DNA of 64,000 nt, taken from assembly GCA_964413365.1 (NCBI GenBank), contig CAYPRM010000003.1, positions 857 to 64,856 of the forward strand, given 5' to 3'. The first letter of the stretch is position 1, and the number at the start of each line of letters is the position of its first letter. A program made the translations under genes and the position numbers. Origin of the DNA: an uncultured Lachnospiraceae bacterium (lineage in GTDB: Bacteria; Bacillota; Clostridia; Oscillospirales; CAG-272). Shown piece after piece: positions 16,354 to 25,650 of the stretch. The notes under the pieces are model-generated. The model was not told the DNA's origin. It did no database searches and worked only from the letters and a program-made list of their open reading frames with translations.

Positions 16354-18999
16354 TTATTCCGTTCTGAGTGCTATTACGGGATCCTTGTTCGATGCGGTCT
16401 TTGACGGGAACAGTCCTGCGACGAAGGTGAGCGCCATGCTTATGCCGACAAGTATTACTGCAGGCAGAGGCTCGAGCACCGCCTTGAGCGCCGCAATGCC
16501 GGTGAGATTGTACAGAATGATATTGATTATGACTATCAATCCGAGCGAGCATATTATTCCTATCAGTCCCGCAACAAATCCGACGAACAGCGTCTCCGCA
16601 TTGAATACACGTCCGATATCCCTCTTGGATGCACCGATCGCACGAAGTATGCCTATCTCCTTTGTGCGCTCGAGCACCGAGATGTAGGTTATGATGCCTA
16701 TCATTATCGAGGATACCACGAGCGAGATCGCAACGAACGCGATGAGCACATAGGATATAGCATCAACTATGGTCGTTACAGAACTCATAAGGAGTGCGAC
16801 CGTGTCGGTGTAGGTTATCTGATCGTCCTCGTCCTTCTGCATATCATTATACTGTTGTATCAGCGCGGCGACCTTTTCCTTGGACTCAAAGTCCTTGGGA
16901 TATATGGAGATCATCGTAGGATCGTTCATATCTATATATCCGAGCTTCTTAAGGTTTCCGCTGTACGTGTTATCTGTAACTCTGTCCTTATTGATGTAGT
17001 TGAGTATCTGATTGATTATCGCACTCGCCTCCGTGGAGGGGTATTTCTCGAGAATATCCTTTACGAACGGGATATCGTCTATTGTGAGTCCGACGGAATC
17101 AAATCTGATGCCCGTGAACATATCGACCTCGTTATTCGCCATCTGCGCCTTAACGACGTCGCTCTTATTTCCGCGCGTGATAACGGTCTCGCGGAGGTCG
17201 GACATATAGCCTATCGTGCCTATATTAGCCATCGAGAGAGAGTCATCCGCAGGCTTGATTATGCCGACGATCTTCAACCCAAGTGCGCCTGCAAGACGGT
17301 CATTCAGGATCACCTTATCCGACTCGTTCGAGAAATCAAGCTCTCTTATCTTATCGTTTTCAAGCACGAAGTGATCGCTATCAAGGAGCACCTTGAACTC
17401 GAAGTCATATATCTCGTCGAAGGTGTAGCTCGTGGACTCGATAACGTAGGTGTTCTCCTTGCCCGTGATATACGCCTCCATAGCGTGCTTCAGGTATTCC
17501 TCAAGCTCTGCGGCATCACGTATTCCGAGAACATAGAGCGTATAGTCGGAGATCTGATTGTTCTCGTTGACGATAAGAACGATCTCGTTCTGATTCTCGG
17601 GATATCTTCCGTCGACGAGGGTGTAATCCTTGGATATAGTCTGCGCATTACCCGTAAGCTCCGTCCAGCCCGTTATGCTACCCATGCTGCCCATCATGGC
17701 ATTCATATTCTTGATCATCTCCATGGACGTTCCGCTCATTCCCATGTTCGAAACGAGGTCGGTCATGCCCTTGGAGCTATTCTTATATGTGCCGTCCTCC
17801 TGAAGAAGGTACATATTCATCTCAAGGGGATATGAATACTTGATATCCGAGCAGTATTTGTAGAAGTCGGGGGTGGATTCGATATATTTCTTGAATTTCG
17901 CGAGGTCGTTCTGACTTATCGATGTGGTCATGCTCGACATCATGGTTACCATTATATCGCTTGAGTAGATCTTATTGGGATCCTTGGGTGCGCCCGACGA
18001 ATTGGCATTTTGCATGAGCGTCGCCATCATTGAAGAGGCGTTGATTGTGCTCTGCTGTATCTGTATCGGGTAGGAGGACATAGTGCTCTCCTCGATGGAT
18101 TGGATATATGCATTTACGCCCGTGGATACGGCGAGTATCAGTGCAATTCCGATTATTCCTATCGAGCCTGCGAAGGAGGTAAGGAAGGTCCTTCCCTTCT
18201 TGGTCATGAGGTTATTGAAGGAGAGGGAGAGTGCGGTGAGGAAGGACATCGACGCCTTCTTCTTTTTGCCGTTCGATCTGCGGCTGTAATCCTGCATAAA
18301 GCCCCCGTCCTCTCTCCTGCCGTCGAATGGATCGGAGTCGTCGACGAGGTTGCCGTCACGGAGCTTGATTATTCTCGTGGAATACTGCTCCGCAAGCTCG
18401 GGATTGTGCGTTACCATGATAACGAGGCGATCCTTAGCTATTTCCTTGAGCAGGTCCATTACCTGCACGCTCGTATCGGAGTCAAGAGCGCCCGTCGGCT
18501 CATCCGCAAGGAGAATATCGGGGTTATTTATAAGTGCGCGCGCTATGGCAACTCTCTGCATCTGACCGCCCGAGAGCTGATTGGGACGCTTATGCATCTG
18601 CGTGCGAAGTCCGACCTTATCGAGTGCCTGAACTGCCCTCTTTCTTCTCTCGTTCGGAGATATACCGCTCAGCGTCAGCGCAAGCTCGACATTCGCAAGC
18701 ACCGTTTGGTGAGGAATGAGGTTATAGCTCTGGAATATGAAGCCTATGGAGTGGTTTCTGTATATATCCCAATCCGCATCCTTATAGTCCCTCGTGGAAA
18801 CGCCGTTTATGATGAGGTCGCCGCTCGTGTACTGATCAAGTCCTCCGATGATGTTAAGAAGCGTGGTCTTGCCGCAGCCCGACTGACCGAGTATCGACAC
18901 GAACTCACTCTCTCTGAACTTGATATTTATGCCCTTGAGTGCCTCAACGGCAGATTCGTCCTTTCCGTATGTTTTTTTAATGTTTATAAGCTCTAACAT
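16354..18999 (-). CDS. fused ABC transporter ATPase plus MacB/FtsX-type permease
   Basis: 881 aa. Walker A GQSGCGKTT, signature LSGGQMQR, Walker B ILLADEPTGALD. A large extracytoplasmic domain is followed by a C-terminal FtsX 4-TM module. Confidence 0.88.
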   Translation of the reverse strand: MLELINIKKTYGKDESAVEALKGINIKFRESEFVSILGQSGCGKTTLLNIIGGLDQYTSGDLIINGVSTRDYKDADWDIYRNHSIGFIFQSYNLIPHQTVLANVELALTLSGISPNERRKRAVQALDKVGLRTQMHKRPNQLSGGQMQRVAIARALINNPDILLADEPTGALDSDTSVQVMDLLKEIAKDRLVIMVTHNPELAEQYSTRIIKLRDGNLVDDSDPFDGRREDGGFMQDYSRRSNGKKKKASMSFLTALSLSFNNLMTKKGRTFLTSFAGSIGIIGIALILAVSTGVNAYIQSIEESTMSSYPIQIQQSTINASSMMATLMQNANSSGAPKDPNKIYSSDIMVTMMSSMTTSISQNDLAKFKKYIESTPDFYKYCSDIKYSYPLEMNMYLLQEDGTYKNSSKGMTDLVSNMGMSGTSMEMIKNMNAMMGSMGSITGWTELTGNAQTISKDYTLVDGRYPENQNEIVLIVNENNQISDYTLYVLGIRDAAELEEYLKHAMEAYITGKENTYVIESTSYTFDEIYDFEFKVLLDSDHFVLENDKIRELDFSNESDKVILNDRLAGALGLKIVGIIKPADDSLSMANIGTIGYMSDLRETVITRGNKSDVVKAQMANNEVDMFTGIRFDSVGLTIDDIPFVKDILEKYPSTEASAIINQILNYINKDRVTDNTYSGNLKKLGYIDMNDPTMISIYPKDFESKEKVAALIQQYNDMQKDEDDQITYTDTVALLMSSVTTIVDAISYVLIAFVAISLVVSSIMIGIITYISVLERTKEIGILRAIGASKRDIGRVFNAETLFVGFVAGLIGIICSLGLIVIINIILYNLTGIAALKAVLEPLPAVILVGISMALTFVAGLFPSKTASNKDPVIALRTE

Positions 19000-19142
19000 T
19001 TATACACCTGCTTTTCTTTAATAGTCTTTTTTCAAAAGATGAACTTATCTCAATGTAATGATACTAAACAAACCTTAAAAATTCCTTAAAATGTTCAAAT
19101 TGTTTAAAAAGAAATGTGAAAAATTGTGATAAGTAACGAAAA

Positions 19143-19194
19143 TTACAATATGTTGATTTTAGTACTTGACTAAACCACAATATGTAGTTATAAT
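19143..19194 (+). promoter_or_regulatory. nrdD promoter with two tandem NrdR-box-like sites
   Basis: Box 1 ttaCaAtATgTtGatt (19143-19158) and box 2 ccaCaAtATgTaGtta (19175-19190) share the core ACAATATGT and are 32 bp apart. TTGACT (19165-19170) and TATAAT (19189-19194) overlap box 2. Confidence 0.65.
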
Positions 19195-19250
19195 TATAGT
19201 GTCGAATTTTAAGGAAATTTCTTTCCGAAATATAAACAGGAGTACTATTT

Positions 19251-21428
19251 ATGAAGATAATCAAAAGAAACGGCTCCGAGGTAGTATTTGATGCAAGTAA
19301 GATAGTCGTCGCAATCACAAAGGCGAACGAGAGCGTCGTTCCGAGCGCACGAATGACCGAGGCTCAGATAAAGAGCATTGCCGAGGACGTCGAGATGGCG
19401 GCTCTTCACATGAACCGCTCGCTCAACGTCGAGGAGATTCAGGACATGGTCGAGAACCAGATAATGAATCAGCGTGCCTTTGACGTGGCAAGGCAGTACA
19501 TCACATACCGCTACAACAGAGCTCTCATCAGAAAATCAAACACCACGGACGAGCAGATTCTCAGCCTCATCGAGTGCAACAACGAGGAGGTAAAGCAAGA
19601 GAATTCAAACAAAAACCCGACCGTCAACAGCGTTCAGCGCGACTATATGGCAGGCGAGGTCAGCAAGGATATCACAAAGAGGATTCTTCTTCCCTCCGAT
19701 ATCGTTGAGGCTCACGAGAAGGGCATCATTCACTTCCACGACTCCGATTATTTCGCTCAGCACATGCACAACTGCGATCTCGTAAATCTCGAGGATATGC
19801 TCCAGAACGGAACGGTCATAAGCGGAACCATGATCGAGAAGCCGCACAGCTTTTCTACGGCGTGCAATATTGCAACGCAGATCATCGCACAGGTAGCGTC
19901 CTGCCAATACGGTGGTCAGAGCATCAGCCTTACGCACCTTGCTCCCTTCGTTGACATCAGCCGCAAGAAGATCCGCGCATATGTCGAGGAGGAGCTCAGG
20001 AGCATTAGCCCCGACGTCAGCGATGAGGACATCTCGCGCATTACAGAGGAGAGGCTTCGCGAGGAGATACGAAGTGGCGTTCAGACCATTCAGTATCAGG
20101 TCGTAACGCTCATGACAACGAACGGACAGGCTCCCTTCGTTACCGTATTTATGTATCTTGGCGAGGCTAAGAACGAGCGTGAGAAGCAGGACCTTGCTAT
20201 AATCATCGAGGAGACGCTCAAGCAGCGCTACCGCGGTGTTAAGAACGAGAAGGGTGTGTGGGTAACCCCTGCCTTCCCCAAGCTCATTTATGTGCTTGAG
20301 GAGGACAATATAGAGCCCGACAGCCCCTACTATTATCTCACCAAGCTTGCCGCTAAATGCACGGCAAAGCGCATGGTTCCCGATTACATTTCGGAAAAGA
20401 TAATGCTCAAGAACAAAGTCGACAAGAACGGAGAGGGGCATTGCTACACCTGCATGGGCTGTCGCAGCTTCCTCACCCCCTATGTTGACGAAAACGGTCA
20501 GCCCAAATACTACGGGCGCTTCAATCAGGGCGTTGTAACGGTCAATCTCGTCGATGTGGGACTTTCCGCTGGCGGAGATATTGAAAAATTCTGGGAGATA
20601 TTTGATGAACGCATGGAGCTCTGCCACAGAGCACTGCAATGCCGTCATGAGCGTCTCTCGGGAACGCTCTCCGACGCCGCACCCATACTCTGGCAGCACG
20701 GTGCCCTGCTCCGCCTGCCCAAGGGGGAGACGATAGACAAATATCTGCACGGCGGATATTCCACGCTCTCGCTCGGCTATGCAGGTCTGTGGGAGTGCGT
20801 GCTCTCGCTCAACGGCAAGAAGCTTACCGAACCGGAGGGTGAGGCTCTGGGGCTTGAAATAATGAGAAAGCTCAACGAATATACTGCGAAGTGGAAGGCT
20901 GAGGAGGATATCGACTATTCCCTTTACGGCACTCCGCTTGAGAGTACGACGTATAAGTTTGCAAAGTGTCTGCAGAAGCGTTTTGGAGTGATCGAGGGCA
21001 TAACCGACAAGTCCTACATAACAAACAGCTATCACATTCACGTTACCGAGGAGATCGACGCCTTCAGCAAGCTCGCACTTGAAGCAAAGTTCCAGGCTCT
21101 CTCACCCGGCGGTGCTATCTCGTATGTAGAGGTGCCGAATATGCAGAACAACATCGACGCGGTGCTCACAGTGATGAGATTTATTTACGACAACATAATG
21201 TATGCCGAGCTCAACACCAAGAGCGACTACTGTCAGGTCTGCGGCTACGACGGCGAGATAGAGATCGTTGAGGATGAGGACGGAAAGCTCGTTTGGAGAT
21301 GTCCAAACTGCGGTAACACTGACCAGACGAGAATGAACGTCGCGAGAAGGACCTGCGGATACATCGGCACGCAATATTGGAATCAAGGCAGAACGCAGGA
21401 GATAAAGGAGAGAGTCCTCCATCTTTGA
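19251..21428 (+). CDS. nrdD: anaerobic ribonucleoside-triphosphate reductase (class III)
   Basis: 725 aa with an N-terminal ATP-cone, a C-terminal zinc site CQVCGY...CPNCG, and the glycyl-radical motif RRTCGYIG. Confidence 0.95.
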   Translation: MKIIKRNGSEVVFDASKIVVAITKANESVVPSARMTEAQIKSIAEDVEMAALHMNRSLNVEEIQDMVENQIMNQRAFDVARQYITYRYNRALIRKSNTTDEQILSLIECNNEEVKQENSNKNPTVNSVQRDYMAGEVSKDITKRILLPSDIVEAHEKGIIHFHDSDYFAQHMHNCDLVNLEDMLQNGTVISGTMIEKPHSFSTACNIATQIIAQVASCQYGGQSISLTHLAPFVDISRKKIRAYVEEELRSISPDVSDEDISRITEERLREEIRSGVQTIQYQVVTLMTTNGQAPFVTVFMYLGEAKNEREKQDLAIIIEETLKQRYRGVKNEKGVWVTPAFPKLIYVLEEDNIEPDSPYYYLTKLAAKCTAKRMVPDYISEKIMLKNKVDKNGEGHCYTCMGCRSFLTPYVDENGQPKYYGRFNQGVVTVNLVDVGLSAGGDIEKFWEIFDERMELCHRALQCRHERLSGTLSDAAPILWQHGALLRLPKGETIDKYLHGGYSTLSLGYAGLWECVLSLNGKKLTEPEGEALGLEIMRKLNEYTAKWKAEEDIDYSLYGTPLESTTYKFAKCLQKRFGVIEGITDKSYITNSYHIHVTEEIDAFSKLALEAKFQALSPGGAISYVEVPNMQNNIDAVLTVMRFIYDNIMYAELNTKSDYCQVCGYDGEIEIVEDEDGKLVWRCPNCGNTDQTRMNVARRTCGYIGTQYWNQGRTQEIKERVLHL

Positions 21429-21461
21429 TATTGGGATGGGAGAGTTGATTATTAACATTCT

Positions 21462-22010
21462 ATGAACTACGCATTGATCAGAGAAAACGATATTGCAAAC
21501 GGTCCGGGTGTCAGAACGACGCTTTTCGTCAGCGGCTGCAGACACCACTGCCGATCATGCTTCAATCCCGAGGCGTGGGATTTCTCCTACGGCTCTCCAT
21601 TCGGGCAGGACGAGATCGACAGGATCATTTCCGCCTGCTCGCAGGAGCACATAAGCGGTCTTACCCTCCTTGGCGGTGAGCCGCTTGAGCCTGAAAACAG
21701 AGGTGCTCTTGCGGAGCTTCTCAGGCAATTTCGTCAAAATCTTCCCGAAAAGAGCGTTTGGTGCTACACGGGCTTTGTATTCGAGAGCGAGCTACTGCCT
21801 GCGATCCTTGACGGCGACCACACTCTTACTGAGCTTTTGCAAAACGTCGATGTGCTCGTTGACGGGCGGTTCGTTGAGGAGCTCAAAAGCTACGCACTGA
21901 TCTTTCGCGGCTCGTCAAATCAGAATATAATAGATATGAGAGCTTCCCTTGCCGAGGGCAGGCAGGTCCTGCTTGATGGCGTGTGGGAAAGGCGTGGAGG
22001 CGAGATATAA
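21462..22010 (+). CDS. nrdG: anaerobic RNR activating protein (radical SAM)
   Basis: 182 aa with the CX3CX2C cluster motif GCRHHCRSCFN. It lies immediately downstream of nrdD. Confidence 0.92.
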   Translation: MNYALIRENDIANGPGVRTTLFVSGCRHHCRSCFNPEAWDFSYGSPFGQDEIDRIISACSQEHISGLTLLGGEPLEPENRGALAELLRQFRQNLPEKSVWCYTGFVFESELLPAILDGDHTLTELLQNVDVLVDGRFVEELKSYALIFRGSSNQNIIDMRASLAEGRQVLLDGVWERRGGEI

Positions 22011-22012
22011 CT

Positions 22013-22693
22013 ATGGCTAAGACTGCTACTGAAAAGGTCAGAGAGCGTGTTTTCGAGCTACTCTCGAGCGATGCATCGGGACACGGCACGGATCACATTG
22101 AAAGAGTAGTGCGTCTCTCCCTGCGATTTGCTACGGCAGAGGGTGCAGACGTGGAGCTTACGGAGCTGATAGCACTTCTACACGATGTGGATGATTACAA
22201 GCTTTTTGGTGTGCAGGGCGCGGCGAGCCTTACGAACGCAAGAGCCATAATGCATGAGGCTGAAATTCCGACGGATATCAGGGAGCAGGTGCTTTCCCAA
22301 ATAGCTAAAATAGGCTACAACAAGCTTCTCAGCGGTATACGCCCCACCTCACTTGAGGGAATGATAGTTTCCGACGCGGATATGTGCGATGCACTCGGCG
22401 TCAACGGCGTTATCAGAGCGTACCGTTACAGCGTAAAGGACGGAAAGCCATTTTTCGACAGAATGCACTTCCCCGTTGAGGATATGACGCCCGAGGTCTA
22501 CAAAACGCACGACGCCGACAGCACGGTCTGCCATATCTTTGAGAAGATCTTGAAGCTTCGGGATCTGATGCTCACCGAGTCGGGCAGGCGCGAGGCATAT
22601 CCTCGGCACGAGATCGTCGTCGATATGCTAAGACACCTGTTTGACGAGGAAAATGCTCCCGACTGGCTTGAATATCTTGAAAATTACAACTAA
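22013..22693 (+). CDS. HD-domain phosphohydrolase
   Basis: Contains GTDHIERV...LLHDVDD (the HD motif). The start was moved to the ATG at 22013, just after the nrdG stop. The track start at 21983 overlaps nrdG. Confidence 0.8.
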   Translation: MAKTATEKVRERVFELLSSDASGHGTDHIERVVRLSLRFATAEGADVELTELIALLHDVDDYKLFGVQGAASLTNARAIMHEAEIPTDIREQVLSQIAKIGYNKLLSGIRPTSLEGMIVSDADMCDALGVNGVIRAYRYSVKDGKPFFDRMHFPVEDMTPEVYKTHDADSTVCHIFEKILKLRDLMLTESGRREAYPRHEIVVDMLRHLFDEENAPDWLEYLENYN

Positions 22694-22694
22694 G

Positions 22695-22733
22695 AAAAAA
22701 ACGTCACAAGGCGAAGCTGAGTGGCGTTTTTTA
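22695..22733 (+). terminator. intrinsic terminator
   Basis: Stem acgtcac (22701-22707) / gtggcgt (22721-27) with one G.U pair, an A-run before and tttttt after. Confidence 0.6.
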
Positions 22734-22937
22734 TGCGTCGACACCGACTTGTTCGAGTATATCTGAACTCTCCAATGACGTTTTGTCCGACAGATAACAT
22801 TATAATTATATCGAATCTTTTTTACTCCTTAAAATATCCATTGGATTTATCCCATATTTATACCAAAAGGCATTTTTAGCAGTTTCGTACAAATCGGGGT
22901 GAAAAATTTTGTGCACATTCCATCTCACAAAAAAATA

Positions 22938-22966
22938 TTGACACCTCGTCTGCTCAGTGGTATAAT
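22938..22966 (+). promoter_or_regulatory. consensus sigma-70 promoter of the aldo/keto reductase gene
   Basis: TTGACA (22938-22943), 17 nt, then TATAAT (22961-22966). Confidence 0.7.
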
Positions 22967-23010
22967 CATTATATTAGAAATCCGCTGATCGGCGGAGATC
23001 GGAGGCAAAT

Positions 23011-23898
23011 ATGGAATATTTCACACTAAACAACGACGTCAAAATGCCCGTTATCGGCTACGGCGTCTATCAGGTAACAAAGGATGAGTGCGAGAGATGC
23101 GTTCTCGACGCGCTGAGTGTCGGCTACCGAATGATCGACACAGCCCAGAGTTATTTTAACGAGGAGGAGGTCGGTCTTGCCATCGAAAAGAGCGGAATTC
23201 CGCGTGAGGAGATCTTCCTTACGACAAAGGTGTGGATCGAGCACTACGGCTACGACGAGTGCCGCGCGTCCGTCCTCGAATCAATGCGAAAGCTCCGCAC
23301 GGACTACCTTGATCTTTGCCTGCTACATCAGCCATTTTCGGATGTTTACGGAGCGTACCGCGCGCTTGAGGATCTCATGCAGGAGGGCAAACTGCGCGCC
23401 ATCGGAATATCAAATTTCTACCCCGACAGAATGGTGGATATTGCTTCCTTTGCGCGTGTCGTGCCTGCGGTCAATCAGATCGAGCTTCACCCACACAATC
23501 AGCAGTCCGAGGCTCTGGAATGGCACAAAAAATACGGTGTTCAGCCCGAGGCATGGGCTCCGCTCGGCGAGGGGCGAGGCGGTCTGCTCCAAGATCCTTC
23601 CCTGCTCTCCATCGGCAAGAAATACGGCAAAACTCCTGCGCAGGTCATTCTTCGCTGGCATATACAGCGTGGCGTCGCGGTCATTCCGAAGTCCACGCAC
23701 ATTGAGAGAATGAGGGAAAATCTCGATATTCTCGATTTCTCGCTTGCCCCCGAGGATATGGACGCCATCGCACGCCTCGAAAGGGGCAAGTCCTCCTTCT
23801 TCTCGCATAGAGAGCCTGCCATGGTCGAATGGTTCTGCAAAATGGTGGAGGAAAGAAAGAAAAATAACGACTGCACCAAGGAAAAGAAAAACTGGTAA
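23011..23898 (+). CDS. aldo/keto reductase (2,5-diketo-D-gluconate reductase-like)
   Basis: 295 aa. AKR motifs include GYRMIDTAQSY, LLHQP, GISNF and IPKSTHIERMREN. Confidence 0.9.
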   Translation: MEYFTLNNDVKMPVIGYGVYQVTKDECERCVLDALSVGYRMIDTAQSYFNEEEVGLAIEKSGIPREEIFLTTKVWIEHYGYDECRASVLESMRKLRTDYLDLCLLHQPFSDVYGAYRALEDLMQEGKLRAIGISNFYPDRMVDIASFARVVPAVNQIELHPHNQQSEALEWHKKYGVQPEAWAPLGEGRGGLLQDPSLLSIGKKYGKTPAQVILRWHIQRGVAVIPKSTHIERMRENLDILDFSLAPEDMDAIARLERGKSSFFSHREPAMVEWFCKMVEERKKNNDCTKEKKNW

Positions 23899-23907
23899 AA
23901 TATTGCT

Positions 23908-23944
23908 CATGTGCCGCTAAATGTCGGCACGTGGGCATTTTTTT
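23908..23944 (+). terminator. intrinsic terminator
   Basis: Stem catgtgccg (23908-23916) / cggcacgtg (23925-23933) followed by a T-run at 23938-23944. Confidence 0.7.
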
Positions 23945-23955
23945 ACAAAAACTCC

Positions 23956-23984
23956 TTTACAAATCGCAAAAAGCGTGGTATAAT
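23956..23984 (+). promoter_or_regulatory. sigma-70-type promoter driving the structured RNA and LRR gene
   Basis: TTTACA (23956-23961), 17 nt, then TATAAT (23979-23984). Confidence 0.65.
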
Positions 23985-23989
23985 TACAG

Positions 23990-24207
23990 TGCCAAACCAA
24001 CTGAATACTGATGCAAGGGCTATTTTTCTCTTTTTCAAGGGGAAAACCACCCTTTTATCGCCATACCCATATAAATTTGTAAAAATGCAAATTCCATCTG
24101 GTGTGGCATAGAGAGACTCTTGCACTTCAGTTGGTTTGGCGACTATCGGAGTTTGCGTTTTTGTGCGGTTACTTCGGTAGCCGCACTTTTATTATATTTA
24201 TTTTTTT
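23990..24207 (+). ncRNA. unclassified structured RNA (candidate cis-regulatory leader or small RNA) ending in a UUCG-loop terminator
   Basis: - A perfect 15-bp closing helix pairs gccaaaccaactgaa (23991-24005) with ttcagttggtttggc (24126-24140).
- Nested helices: tgcaag/cttgca (24012-17 / 24119-24), tctct/agaga, aaggg/ccctt, gccatacc/ggtgtggc and aatttg/caaatt.
- A terminator follows: gtgcggttac-ttcg-gtagccgcac (24163-24186) plus a T-run. Then come the RBS aggagg (24208-13) and the ATG at 24221. Confidence 0.4.
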
Positions 24208-24220
24208 AGGAGGTCATTTT

Positions 24221-25558
24221 ATGTATGACAATGTTGGAAGTAAACTAAAAACATTAGCACAAATAAGTGCAATTTGCGGAATTGTAGGCTCGGTAATATG
24301 CGGTTTTATAAGCGGCAATTTTTTGCTTGGGCTGCTAATCATCGTGGTAGGATCGCTGGTCAGTTGGCTATCATCACTTACGCTCTACGCCTTTGGTGAG
24401 ATGCACGAGTATCTTGGAGCTATATGTGGGCATTGTAAAAACGCTACAAAGGTAGTTAGAGATAATAACAAATCATCGGCAAACACAACAAGTTTCAATG
24501 CCAAAACGAGTACAGGAAATAAAGATTCCAAAAATTATAGTGATCAAACTAAAATAACCATTTCAAGCGGCTTAACGGCTATAGGATCTGGTGCCTTCGC
24601 TCATCGCACATCACTGACGAGCGTAACTATTCCCAACAGCGTAACGAGTATAGGTAACGATGCGTTCTATAATTGCAAATCGCTGGAGGATGTTTATTAT
24701 CAAGGGACTCTTGAAGATTGGTGTAAGATCAAATTTGATAACTACGGCTCCAATCCGTGTTATAATGGAGCGAATCTGTATATCAGCGGTGAACTTCTCA
24801 CAAATGTGGTTGTTCCAAATAGCGTAACGAGTATAGGCAAATTTACGTTCTCTGGCTGCACCTCGTTGATGAGCGTAACTATCCCCGACAGCGTAACGAG
24901 TATAGGCTATGGGACGTTCTATAATTGCACCTCGCTGACGAGCGTAACTCTCCCTGACAGCGTAACGAGTATAAGCAGTTCTGCGTTCTATAAGTGCACC
25001 TCGCTGACGAGCGTAACTATCGGTGATAGCGTAACGAGCATAGGCGAAGATGCGTTCCGTAGTTGCACCTCGCTGACGAGCGCAACTGTACCCGACAGCG
25101 TAACGAGCATAGGCAATAGTGTGTTCTCTGGTTGTACCTCTTTGGAATACAACGAGTACGATAATGCATATTATCTCGGCAACAGCAGTAACCCTTATGT
25201 GGTTTTGGTGAAAGCTAAAAGTACTGATATAACGAGCTGCGATATTAACTCAAATACAAAATTTATTCACAGCTCTGCGTTCTATAATTGCACATCGCTG
25301 ACGAGCGTAACTATCCCCGAGAGCGTAACAAGTATAGACGATGAGACGTTCCATGGTTGTACCTCGCTATCGAGCGTAACTATCCCCGACAGCATAACGA
25401 GTATAGGCCAATTTGCGTTTTATGATTGCACCTCACTGACGGAGATACACTATAACGGTACAAAAGTGCAGTGGAATTCTATTAGCAAAGACTCTTATTG
25501 GAATAGCAACACTGGAAAGTACACAGTTTACTGCACTGACGGAGAGATCGCGAAATAA
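24221..25558 (+). CDS. BspA-type leucine-rich-repeat surface protein with N-terminal membrane anchor
   Basis: About 445 aa from the ATG at 24221, preceded by aggagg. Two N-terminal TM helices are followed by roughly 12 repeats of the 22-23-aa unit SVTSIGxxAFxxCTSLTSVTIPD. The track start at 24101 lies inside the upstream RNA structure. Confidence 0.85.
   Translation: MYDNVGSKLKTLAQISAICGIVGSVICGFISGNFLLGLLIIVVGSLVSWLSSLTLYAFGEMHEYLGAICGHCKNATKVVRDNNKSSANTTSFNAKTSTGNKDSKNYSDQTKITISSGLTAIGSGAFAHRTSLTSVTIPNSVTSIGNDAFYNCKSLEDVYYQGTLEDWCKIKFDNYGSNPCYNGANLYISGELLTNVVVPNSVTSIGKFTFSGCTSLMSVTIPDSVTSIGYGTFYNCTSLTSVTLPDSVTSISSSAFYKCTSLTSVTIGDSVTSIGEDAFRSCTSLTSATVPDSVTSIGNSVFSGCTSLEYNEYDNAYYLGNSSNPYVVLVKAKSTDITSCDINSNTKFIHSSAFYNCTSLTSVTIPESVTSIDDETFHGCTSLSSVTIPDSITSIGQFAFYDCTSLTEIHYNGTKVQWNSISKDSYWNSNTGKYTVYCTDGEIAK
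24560..25460 (+). repeat. tandem coding repeats of about 66-69 bp (LRR units)
   Basis: The near-identical DNA stretch cacctcgctgacgagcgtaactatccccgacagcgtaacgagtataggc recurs many times in frame. Confidence 0.85.
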
Positions 25559-25597
25559 AAGCATTAGTTTACTTTACTTCACAATTCAATACTATCA

Positions 25598-25642
25598 ACA
25601 AATCAAAATACCCGAGGCGTTGCCTCGGGTATTTTGATTTGT
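25598..25642. terminator. bidirectional intrinsic terminator between convergent operons
   Basis: Long perfect palindrome acaaatcaaaatacccgaggc-gt-tgcctcgggtattttgatttgt. Confidence 0.85.
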
Positions 25643-25650
25643 ATTTGATT

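Noticed and set aside
24101-24220. N-terminal extension of the LRR ORF (track start 24101).
   Set aside because: The extension overlaps the closing helix and terminator of the structured RNA and has no RBS. The ATG at 24221 follows a perfect aggagg. The small ORFs 23911..24111 (+) and 23943..24125 (-) in the same region were rejected for the same reason.
24560-25460. A possible CRISPR-like array, suggested by regularly spaced repeats.
   Set aside because: The repeats are in frame inside a long ORF and encode canonical LRR units. The segments between them are also conserved, and no cas genes are nearby.
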